This document shows positions 32,376 through 44,200 of a stretch of 46,499 nt of DNA, piece after piece. Under the pieces are notes generated by a model, which searched no databases, was not told where the DNA came from, and was given only the letters and a program-made list of their open reading frames with translations. The first letter of the stretch is position 1. Each line of letters begins with the position of its first letter. Position numbers and translations under genes: made by a program. This DNA is from a bacterium (GTDB lineage: Bacteria; SAR324; NAC60-12): positions 1 through 46,499 of the forward strand of contig CBDDTI010000313.1 of assembly GCA_965233585.1 (NCBI GenBank), in the 5' to 3' direction.

Positions 32376-34470
32376 TTAGTCAAACTCCTCCTCAACATAG
32401 ACCTCCACCATCTCAGAAGAATGCTGAGGCTCTTCAAGTCTTGCCTTCTTGGTGGCTGGACCACAAGGTTCAGACTCAGCACTGGCAGCCTCAGAAGGAA
32501 CTGCAGCTTCAGGCTGAGGAGGCTCAGAAACTTGATCTTCAGGAATTGGCTTCTGAGCATCTTTCTGCATTTTCTGATGCAGCTCCAGCAAAGTCTGAGG
32601 GCTCAGACCAATAGCTGCCATGTGATGCAGAATATCCTGAGCCTGATCTTCTTTTAGCTTCCTCAGTTCCTCCTGAGCCTTTGCCATCTTCTCTTCTTCC
32701 AGCATCAACCCTTCCTCAATGAATTCTTTCCTCCTGAGCCTCCTTAGACATCTTCTCAGCATAGGAGCAAGCCATAGTCTTCCTGAGCTGCATAGGCTTT
32801 GTCAAGGAGCACAAGCCTCTCAGAGATGAGGACTCCCAGTCTCCCCAAATCTGAGAGATCAGAACCCTCGAGTCCACACCCTTCAGCTGAGACATGGCAT
32901 CTGCCATGCTGTTCTCAGGGTCAATAGTGGCAAGAATTGACTTGCAGTACCCCTTAGCAAAGAAAAGCTGGGCCTTCTCAGCATCTGCAGCCTCAAGTGA
33001 CTGCTCAGGTCTGAGAATGTTCATCACCTTGAAGTTGCTGAGAAGAAGGATGCCCAGCAGGCTCAGCTGAAACAGCTGTCCCAAAAGATGCAGGTTAACC
33101 TCTGCCAAGGCAATGGGGCCATGTTGAGAATCATCTGGTAATACTGAGCAATGACTTTCTTAGGCCACCCAGCATCCTGCAAGGTTCCAAAAGATGTGAA
33201 GGAGCATTGATGAAGCCAAGCTCAGAGACACAAAGAACTCATGCACCATGAGCAGGAATTGCACCCATTCTGAAAGGCTCACCTTAGTCACTTAGGACAA
33301 GCAACAAGCCTCTGATAGAGCGAGGGTACTCCCTGATGTCTCTCTCATTGATCCATGAGCAAAGATCATCCACTGAGGGAAACTGGAATGAGCTTGAGCT
33401 GAGCATGGCCACCCTTGACATCTGCCATGCTGTTCTCTTGGGTCTGAGTTGAAAGGCAAAAGCTCACCATGTGCTTGAGTTCACTCAGCTGAGGAATCAC
33501 ATAAGCATGCATTGCGGAAGAAAACAGAGCACAAGTCCAAGACCATGGGCAAGCTGAGAGCCAACCTCACACCCCCAGCAAGCCATCATTCTGAATCTTC
33601 TTGATTGTTCTCTGTGAGCATTCTGCAGAACAAGGTCAACTCATGGGCACTGAACCAAGAAGAGCCATCAATTCAATGTATTAATTACAAATAGTTCTTG
33701 TGAAACTAGTTCTAAACAATGGCAACAACAACAGAACCAACTCAGATCAAAGCTGCCAGGGTCATGGCTGACACAAATCAGTCTGAGCATGCAAAGCTGC
33801 CAGCTCAGGCTTCAAATTGACTCCTCCTCAACATAGACCTCCACCATCTCAGAAGAATGCTGAGGCTCTTCAAAGGTTCATCAGCACTGGCAGCCTCAGA
33901 AGGAAAGCTTTGCTGAGATCTTCAGGAAGCATCTTTCTGATGCTCCAGCCTGAGGGCTCAGACCAATAGCTGCCATGTGCTCCAGCCTGATCTTCTTTTA
34001 GCTTCCTCAGTTCCTCCTGGCCTATCTCTTCTTCCTCCTGCTTGTGCTGAAACCCTTCCCTGAGCTTCTGTCCAGTCAAGAAGCTTGCTCCTTAGACATC
34101 TTCTGCTTGTGAGCCATAGTTCAAGCTGCTAGGCTGCCTCTCAAGGTCTCTCCAATCTGAGAGATCAGAACCCTCGATGTTGAGACATGGCATGCCATGC
34201 TGTTCTCAGGGTCAATAGTGGCAAGAATTACTTGTACCCCTTAGCAAAGAAAAGCTGGGCCTTCTCAGCACTGCAGCCTCAAGTGACTGCTCAGGGACTG
34301 AGAATGTTCATCACCAGTTGCTGAGAAGAAGGATGCAGGCTCAGCTGGCCTCCTGCTGAAACTGAGCTGTCCCAAAAGATGCTGAGGTTAACCTCTGCCA
34401 AGGCAATGGGGCCATGTTGAGAATCATCTGGTAATACTGAGCAATGACTTTCTTAGGCCACCCATTTCTG
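32376..34470 (-). pseudogene. Deletion-riddled A / A2-5' / A sequence (degenerate copies or low-quality consensus)
   Basis: Collinear with genes A and A2 but with dozens of short deletions from ~32690. Confidence 0.6.
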
Positions 34471-34572
34471 CAAGGTTCCAAAAGATGTGAAGAAAACTTT
34501 CAATCAGATATTAAAACTTAGTAATTAATTAATTAATTAATCAATTCATTGATGAAGGCCATGCACCCATGC

Positions 34573-34866
34573 TCAGAGACACAAAGAACAAATGCATGCA
34601 CACATGTTCAAACCCATGTCCTTGCAGTAAATGCACCCATTCTGAAATGGGATCCTGCTGAGTTTCACCTTAGCATTGCACCCAGGACAAGCAACATCAG
34701 GCTCTCCATGATAGCGAGGGTAGCTGATAACATGCTCAGGGTTTGATCCCTCACCAAAGAGGTCATCCACTGAGGGAAAGCTTTGAGGAGTGAGTTTGAG
34801 CTGAGCATGGCCACCTCTGATAGTATATTCCATGCCAAGTGGAACTGAGTCAGAGAGCTTTGCCAT
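34573..34866 (-). CDS. Gene A exon 1 (intact; exon 2 lies in the degraded stretch)
   Basis: Identical to 1183-1476 at offset 33390. Confidence 0.55.
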   Translation of the reverse strand: MAKLSDSVPLGMEYTIRGGHAQLKLTPQSFPSVDDLFGEGSNPEHVISYPRYHGEPDVACPGCNAKVKLSRIPFQNGCIYCKDMGLNMCACICSLCL

Positions 34867-34929
34867 GGCTCAGTTGCTGAGTTGCAGATGGCTGAGCTGG
34901 AAGGCAAAAAGTTGACTATGTGCTTGAGT

Positions 34930-35220
34930 TCACTCAGCAGCTGAGGAATCACACAAGCATGCCTTCCTGCACAAATTTGAGCACAAGTCCAAGACCATAG
35001 GCAAGCTGAGAACCAACCCCATACCCCCAGAACCAACCCTGAGTCCTCTGTCAGCATTGCCACCCTTCTGATGCTTCTCCTTCTCAGAGTCTTCCTTATC
35101 CTTCTTCTTCTTCTCAGTGTACTCCCTCAGGAATTCAATGGCCCACTCTATATCGAAGCCATTCTCTTCAATGAATCTGAGTACTCTTTCATGAAACTCC
35201 TCAGGTGTCTCATCTGCCAT
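34930..35220 (-). CDS. Copy of the MADETPEEF 96-aa ORF
   Basis: Same protein as 1540-1830. Confidence 0.5.
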   Translation of the reverse strand: MADETPEEFHERVLRFIEENGFDIEWAIEFLREYTEKKKKDKEDSEKEKHQKGGNADRGLRVGSGGMGLVLSLPMVLDLCSNLCRKACLCDSSAAE

Positions 35221-35293
35221 GGCTCAGAAAGCTTCTTAAACTAGGAATTGAGCCCACACAAGCTGAGAAATGCACCCTTGCTGATGTGAACAG

Positions 35294-38200
35294 CATTTTT
35301 TCAAGGAGATACCTCATGATTGGCTCAGTTACTCAATAATATGAATGTTTGGATGGTACTCTATTGTGCCCAACAGCTTCTTGGTGTTGAAAAAAATCAA
35401 AAAACCTTTCTCCACCTTTCTTTGAGTAAAGCTGGTCCATTTACTTTATAATATTTGTGATAAAGCTTTAAAATGCAAGGTTTTCCAAATAATTAGATGC
35501 CTTATTAAACCCTTATTAAAAAACAGCACCCAAACAATTTTTCAAGGTGGTACCCCATGAGTGGCTGAGTTACTCAATAATATGAATGTTTGGATGGTAC
35601 TCTATTGTGCCCAACAATTTTTGGGGTTGAAAAAAAACAAAAACCTTTTCTCCACCTTTCTTTGAGTAAAGCTGGTCCATTTACTTTAGAAAGCAATATT
35701 TGTGATAAAGTTTTAAAATGCAAGGTTTTCCAAATAATTAGATGCCTTATTAAACCCTTATTAAAAAAAACAGCATCCAGACAATTTTTCAAGGTGGTAC
35801 CCCATGAGTGGCTGAGTTACTCAATAATATGAATGTTTGGATGGTACTCTATTGTTCCCAACAACTTTTTGGGTTGAAAAAAATAAAAACCCTTTCTCCA
35901 CCTTTCTTTGAGTAAAGCTGGTCCATTTACTTTAGAAAGCCATATTTGTGTTAAAGCTTGAAGATCCAACCTTTTTCAAATAATTAGTTGTCTGAAAAAA
36001 CCATGAATGGCTGAGTTACTCAATAATATGAATGTTTGGATGGTACTCTATTGTGCCCAACAATTTTTGGGGTTGAAAAAAACAAAAAACCTTTCTCCAC
36101 CTTTCTTTGAGTAAAGCTGGTCCATTTACTTTAGAAAGCAATATTTGTGATAAAGCTTTAAAATGCAAAGTTTTCCAAATAATTAGATGCCTTATTAAAC
36201 CCTTATTAAAAAACAGCATCCAGACAATTTTTCAAGGTGGTACCCCATGAGTGGCTGAGTTACTCAATAATATGAATGTTTGGATGGTACTCTATTGTGC
36301 CCAACAACTTTTGGGGTTGAAAAAATAAAAACCCTTTCTCCACCTTTCTTTGAGTAAAGCTGGTCCATTTACTTTAGGAAACCATATTTGTGATAAAGCT
36401 TTAAAATGCAAGGTTTTCCAAATAATTAGATGCCTTATTAAACCCTTATTAAAAAACAGCACCCAAACAATTTTTCAAGGTGGTACCCTATGAGTGGCTG
36501 AGTTACTCAATAATATGAATGTTTGGATGGTACCCTATTGTGCCCAACAAGTTTTGGGGTTGAAAAAAATCCAAAACCATTACTCAACCTTTCTTTGAGT
36601 AAAGCTGGTCCATTTACTTTAGAAAGCCATATTTGTGTTAAAGCTTGAAGATCCAACCTTTTGCAAATAATTAGATGTCTGAAAAAACCATGAATGGCTG
36701 AGTTACTCAATAATATGAATGTTTGGCTGGTGCTCTATTGTGCCCAACAATTTTTGGGGTTGAAAAAAAACAAAAACCCTTTCCCCACCTTTCTTTGAGT
36801 AAAGCTGGTCCATTTACTTTAGAAAGCACTATTTGTGATAAAGTTTTAAAATGCAAGGTTTTCCAAATAATTAGATGCCTTATTAAACCCTTATTAAAAA
36901 ACAGCATCCAGACAATTTTTCAAGGTGGTACCCCATGAGTGGCTGAGTTACTCAATAATATGAATGTTTGGATGGTACTCTATTGTGCCCAACAACTTTT
37001 TGGGTTGAAAAAAATCCAAAACCATTACTCAACCTTTCTTTGAGTAAAGCTGGTCCATTTACTTTAGAAAGCCATATTTGTGTTAAAGCTTGAAGATCCA
37101 ACCTTTTCCAAATAATTAGATGTCTGAAAAAACCATGAATGGCTGAGTTACTCAATAATATGAATGTTTGGATGGTACTCTATTGTGCCCAACAATTTTT
37201 GGGGTTGAAAAAAAACAAAAACCCTTTCTCCACCTTTCTTTGAGTAAAGCTGGTCCATTTACTTTAGAAAGCAATATTTGTGATAAAGTTTTAAAATGCA
37301 AGGTTTTCCAAATAATTAGATGCCTTATTAAACCCTTATTAAAAAACAGCATCCAGACAATTTTTCAAGGTGGTACCCCATGAGTGGCTGAGTTACTCAA
37401 TAATATGAATGTTTGGATGGTGCTCTATTGTGCCCAACAACTTTTTGGGTTGAAAAAAATAAAAACCCTTTCTCCACCTTTCTTTGAGTAAAGCTGGTCC
37501 ATTTACTTTAGAAAGCCATATTTGTGTTAAAGCTTGAAGATCCAACCTTTTCCAAATAATTAGATGTCTGAAAAAACCATGAATGGCTGAGTTACTCAAT
37601 AATATGAATGTTTGGATGGTACTCTATTGTGCCCAACAATTTTTGGGGTTGAAAAAAAAACAAAAACCCTTTCTCCACCTTTCTTTGAATAAAGCTGGTC
37701 CATTTACTTTAGAAAGCAATATTTGTGATAAAGCTTTAAAATGCAAGGTTTTCCCAAATAATTAGATGCCTTATTAAACCCTTATTTAAAAACAGCACCC
37801 AAACAATTTTTCAAGGAGATACCTCACGATTGGCTCAGTTACTCAATAATATGAATGTTTGGATGGTACTCTATTGTGCCCAACAGCTTCTTGGTGTTGA
37901 AAAAAATCAAAAAACCTTTCTCCACCTTTCTTTGAGTAAAGCTGGTCCATTTACTTTATAATATTTGTGATAAAGCTTTAAAATGCAAGGTTTTCCAAAT
38001 AATTAGATGCCTTATTAAACCCTTATTAAAAAACAGCACCCAAACAATTTTTCAAGGTGGTACCCCATGAGTGGCTGAGTTACTCAATAATATGAATGTT
38101 TGGATGGTACTCTATTGTGCCCAACAATTTTTGGGGTTGAAAAAAAACAAAAACCTTTTCTCCACCTTTCTTTGAGTAAAGCTGGTCCATTTACTTTAGA

Positions 38201-41200
38201 AAGCAATATTTGTGATAAAGTTTTAAAATGCAAGGTTTTCCAAATAATTAGATGCCTTATTAAACCCTTATTAAAAAACAGCATCCAGACAATTTTTCAA
38301 GGTGGTACCTCATGAGTGGCTGAGTTACTCAATAATATGAATGTTTGGATGGTACTCTATTGTTCCCAACAACTTTTTGGGTTGAAAAAAATAAAAACCC
38401 TTTCTCCACCTTTCTTTGAGTAAAGCTGGTCCATTTACTTTAGAAAGCCATATTTGTGTTAAAGCTTGAAGATCCAACCTTTTCCAAATAATTAGTTGTC
38501 TGAAAAAACCTTGAATGGCTGAGTTACTCAATAATATGAATGTTTGGATGGTACTCTATTGTGCCCAACAATTTTTGGGGTTGAAAAAAAACAAAAAACC
38601 TTTCTCCACCTTTCTTTGAGTAAAGCTGGTCCATTTACTTTAGAAAGCAATATTTGTGATAAAGCTTTAAAATGCAAGGTTTTCCAAATAATTAGATGCC
38701 TTATTAAACCCTTATTAAAAAACAGCATCCAGACAATTTTTCAAGGTGGTACCCCATGAGTGGCTGAGTTACTCAATAATATGAATGTTTGGATGGTACT
38801 CTATTGTGCCCAACAACTTTTGGGGTTGAAAAAAATAAAAACCCTTTCTCCACCTTTCTTTGAGTAAAGCTGGTCCATTTACTTTAGAAAGCAAAAAGTT
38901 TTAAAATGCAAGGTTTTCCAAATAATTAGATGCCTTATTAAACCCTTATTAAAAAACAGCATCCAGACAATTTTTCAAGGTGGTACCCTATGAGTGGCTG
39001 AGTTACTCAATAATATGAATGTTTGGATGGTACCCTATTGTGCCCAAAAGTTTTTTGAAAAAAATCCAAAACCATACTCAACCTTTAGAAAGCCATATTT
39101 GTGTTAAAGCTTGAAGATCCAACCCAAATAATTAGATGTCTGAAAAAACCATGAATGGCTGAGTTACTCAATAATATGAATGTTTGGATGGTACTCTATT
39201 GTGCCCAACAATTTTTGGGGTTGAAAAAAAACAAAAACCCTTTCCCCACCTTTCTTTGAGTAAAGCTGGTCCATTTACTTTAGAAAGCATATTTGTGATA
39301 AAGTTTTAAAATGCAAGGTTTTCCAAATAATTAGATGCCTTATTAAACCCTTATTAAAAAACAGCATCCAGACAATTTTTCAAGGTGGTACCCCATGAGT
39401 GGCTGAGTTACTCAATAATATGAATGTTTGGATGGTACTCTATTGTGCCCAACAACTTTTTGGGTTGAAAAAAATCCAAAACCATTACTCAACCTTTCTT
39501 TGAGTAAAGCTGGTCCATTTACTTTAGAAAGCCATATTTGTGTTAAAGCTTGAAGATCCAACCTTTTCCAAATAATTAGATGTCTGAAAAAACCATGAAT
39601 GGCTGAGTTACTCAATAATATGAATGTTTGGATGGTACTCTATTGTGCCCAACAATTTTTGGGGTTGAAAAAAAACAAAAACCCTTTCTCCACCTTTCTT
39701 TGAGTAAAGCTGGTCCATTTACTTTAGAAAGCAATATTTGTGATAAAGTTTTAAAATGCAAGGTTTTCCAAATAATTAGATGCCTTATTAAACCCTTATT
39801 AAAAAACAGCATCCAGACAATTTTTCAAGGTGGTACCCCATGAGTGGCTGAGTTACTCAATAATATGAATGTTTGGATGGTGCTCTATTGTGCCCAACAA
39901 CTTTTTGGGTTGAAAAAAATAAAAACCCTTTCTCCACCTTTCTTTGAGTAAAGCTGGTCCATTTACTTTAGAAAGCCATATTTGTGTTAAAGCTTGAAGA
40001 TCCAACCTTTTCCAAATAATTAGATGTCTGAAAAAACCATGAATGGCTGAGTTACTCAATAATATGAATGTTTGGATGGTACTCTATTGTGCCCAACAAT
40101 TTTTGGGGTTGAAAAAAAAACAAAAACCCTTTCTCCACCTTTCTTTGAATAAAGCTGGTCCATTTACTTTAGAAAGCAATATTTGTGATAAAGCTTTAAA
40201 ATGCAAGGTTTTCCCAAATAATTAGATGCCTTATTAAACCCTTATTTAAAAACAGCACCCAAACAATTTTTCAAGGAGATACCTCACGATTGGCTCAGTT
40301 ACTCAATAATATGAATGTTTGGATGGTACTCTATTGTGCCCAACAGCTTCTTGGTGTTGAAAAAAAATCAAAAAACCTTTCTCCACCTTTCTTTGAGTAA
40401 AGCTGGTCCATTTACTTTATAATATTTGTGATAAAGCTTTAAAATGCAAGGTTTTCCAAATAATTAGATGCCTTATTAAACCCTTATTAAAAAACAGCAC
40501 CCAAACAATTTTTCAAGGTGGTACCCCATGAGTGGCTGAGTTACTCAATAATATGAATGTTTGGATGGTACTCTATTGTGCCCAACAATTTTTGGGGTTG
40601 AAAAAAAACAAAAACCTTTTCTCCACCTTTCTTTGAGTAAAGCTGGTCCATTTACTTTAGAAAGCAATATTTGTGATAAAGTTTTAAAATGCAAGGTTTT
40701 CCAAATAATTAGATGCCTTATTAAACCCTTATTAAAAAACAGCATCCAGACAATTTTTCAAGGTGGTACCTCATGAGTGGCTGAGTTACTCAATAATATG
40801 AATGTTTGGATGGTACTCTATTGTTCCCAACAACTTTTTGGGTTGAAAAAATAAAAACCCTTTCTCCACCTTTCTTTGAGTAAAGCTGGTCCATTTACTT
40901 TAGAAAGCCATATTTGTGTTAAAGCTTGAAGATCCAACCTTTTCCAAATAATTAGTTGTCTGAAAAAACCTTGAATGGCTGAGTTACTCAATAATATGAA
41001 TGTTTGGATGGTACTCTATTGTGCCCAACAATTTTTGGGGTTGAAAAAAAACAAAAAACCTTTCTCCACCTTTCTTTGAGTAAAGCTGGTCCATTTACTT
41101 TAGAAAGCAATATTTGTGATAAAGCTTTAAAATGCAAGGTTTTCCAAATAATTAGATGCCTTATTAAACCCTTATTAAAAAAACAGCATCCAGACAATTT

Positions 41201-44200
41201 TTCAAGGTGGTACCCCATGAGTGGCTGAGTTACTCAATAATATGAATGTTTGGATGGTACTCTATTGTGCCCAACAACTTTTGGGGTTGAAAAAAATAAA
41301 AACCCTTTCTCCACCTTTCTTTGAGTAAAGCTGGTCCATTTACTTTAGAAAGCCATATTTGTGTTAAAGCTTGAAGATCCAACCTTTTCCAAATAATTAG
41401 ATGTCTGAAAAAACCATGAATGGCTGAGTTACTCAATAATATGAATGTTTGGATGGTACTCTATTGTGCCCAACAATTTTTGGGGTTGAAAAAATAAAAA
41501 CCCTTTCTCCACCTTTCTTTGAGTAAAGCTGGTCCATTTACTTTAGGAAACCATATTTGTGATAAAGCTTTAAAATGCAAGGTTTTCCAAATAATTAGAT
41601 GCCTTATTAAACCCTTATTAAAAAAACAGCACCCAAACAATTTTTCAAGGTGGTACCCCATGAGTGGCTGAGTTACTCAATAATATGAATGTTTGGATGG
41701 TACCCTATTGTGCCCAACAAGTTTTGGGGTTGAAAAAAATCCAAAACCATTACTCAACCTTTCTTTGAGTAAAGCTGGTCCATTTACTTTAGAAAGCCAT
41801 ATTTGTGTTAAAGCTTGAAGATCCAACCTTTTGCAAATAATTAGATGTCTGAAAAAACCATGAATGGCTGAGTTACTCAATAATATGAATGTTTGGATGG
41901 TGCTCTATTGTGCCCAACAATTTTTGGGGTTGAAAAAAAACAAAAACCATTTCCCCACCTTTCTTTGAGTAAAGCTGGTCCATTTACTTTAGAAAGCAAT
42001 ATTTGTGATAAAGTTTTAAAATGCAAGGTTTTCCAAATAATTAGATGCCTTATTAAACCCTTATTAAAAAACAGCATCCAGACAATTTTTCAAGGTGGTA
42101 CCCCATGAGTGGCTGAGTTACTCAATAATATGAATGTTTGGATGGTACTCTATTGTGCCCAACAACTTTTTGGGTTGAAAAAAATCCAAAACCATTACTC
42201 AACCTTTCTTTGAGTAAAGCTGGTCCATTTACTTTAGAAAGCCATATTTGTGTTAAAGCTTGAAGATCCAACCTTTTCCAAATAATTAGATGTCTGAAAA
42301 AACCATGAATGGCTGAGTTACTCAATAATATGAATGTTTGGATGGTACTCTATTGTGCCCAACAATTTTTGGGGTTGAAAAAAAAAAACAAAAACCCTTT
42401 CTCCACCTTTCTTTGAGTAAAGCTGGTCCATTTACTTTAGAAAGCAATATTTGTGATAAAGTTTTAAAACGCATGGTTTTCCAAATAATTAGATGCCTTA
42501 TTAAACCCTTATTAAAAAACAGCATCCAGACAATTTTTCAAGGTGGTACCCCATGAGTGGCTGAGTTACTCAATAATATGAATGTTTGGATGGTACTCTA
42601 TTGTGCACAACAACTTTTGGGGTTGAAACAAATAAAAATCCTTTCTCCACCTTTCTTTGAGTAAAGCTGGTCCATTTACTTTAGGAAACCATATTTGTAT
42701 TAAAGCTTTAAAATGCAAGGTTTTCCAAATAATTAGATGCCTTATTAAACCCTTATTAAAAAACAGCACCCAAACAATTTTTCAAGGTGGTACCCCATGA
42801 GTGGCTGAGTTACTCAATAATATGAGTGTTTGGATGGCACCCTATTGTGCCCAACAGCTTTTGGGGTTGAAAAAAATCCAAAACCATTTCTCCACCTTTC
42901 TTTGAGTAAAGCTGGTCCATTTACTTTAGAAAGCCATATTTGTGCTAAAGCTTGAAGATCCAACCTTGTCCAAATAACTAGATGTCTGAAAAAACCATGA
43001 ATGGCTGAGTTACTCAATAATATGAATGTTTGGATGGTACTCTATTGTGCCCAACAATTTTTGGGGTTGAAAAAAAAACAAAAACCCTTTCTCCACCTTT
43101 CTTTGAATAAAGCTGGTCCATTTACTTTAGAAAGCAATATTTGTGATAAAGCTTTAAAATGCAAGGTTTTCCAAATAATTAGATGCCTTATTAAACCCTT
43201 ATTTAAAAACAGCACCCAAACAATTTTTCAAGGTGGTACCCCATGAGTGGCTGAGTTACTCAATAATATGAATGTTTGGATGGTACTCTATTGTGCCCAA
43301 CAACTGTTGGGGTTGAAAAAAATAAAAATCCTTTCTCCACCTTTCTTTGAGTAAAGCTGGTCCATTTCCTTTAGGAAACCATATTTGTATTAAAGCTTTA
43401 AAATGCAAGGTTTTCCAAATAATTAGATGCCTTATTAAACCCTTATTAAAAAACAGCATCCAGACAATTTTTCAAGGTGGTACCCCATGAGTGGCTGAGT
43501 TACTCAATAATATGAATGTTTGGATGGTACTCTATTGTTCCCAACAACTTTTTGGGTTGAAAAAAATAAAAACCCTTTCTCCACCTTTCTTTGAGTAAAG
43601 CTGGTCCATTTACTTTAGAAAGCCATATTTGTGTTAAAGCTTGAAGATCCAACCTTTTCCAAATAATTAGTTGTCTGAAAAAACATGAATGGCTGAGTTA
43701 CTCAATAATATGAATGTTTGGATGGTACTCTATTGTGCCCAACAATTTTTGGGGTTGAAAAAAAACAAAAAACCTTTCTCCACCTTTCTTTGAGTAAAGC
43801 TGGTCCATTTACTTTAGAAAGCAATATTTGTGATAAAGCTTTAAAATGCAAGGTTTTCCAAATAATTAGATGCCTTATTAAACCCTTATTAAAAAACAGC
43901 ATCCAGACAATTTTTCAAGGTGGTACCCCATGAGTGGCTGAGTTACTCAATAATATGAATGTTTGGATGGTACTCTATTGTGCCCAACAACTTTTGGGGT
44001 TGAAAAAAACAAAAACCCTTTCTCCACCTTTCCTTTACTAAAGCTGATCCATTTGTTTTAGAAATAGATATTTGTGTTAAAGCTGTAAAATGCAAGGTTT
44101 TCCAAATAATTAGATGCCTTATTAAACCCTTATTTAAAAACAGCACCCAAGCAATTTTTCAAGGTGGTACCCCATGAGTGGCTGAGTTACTCAATAATAT

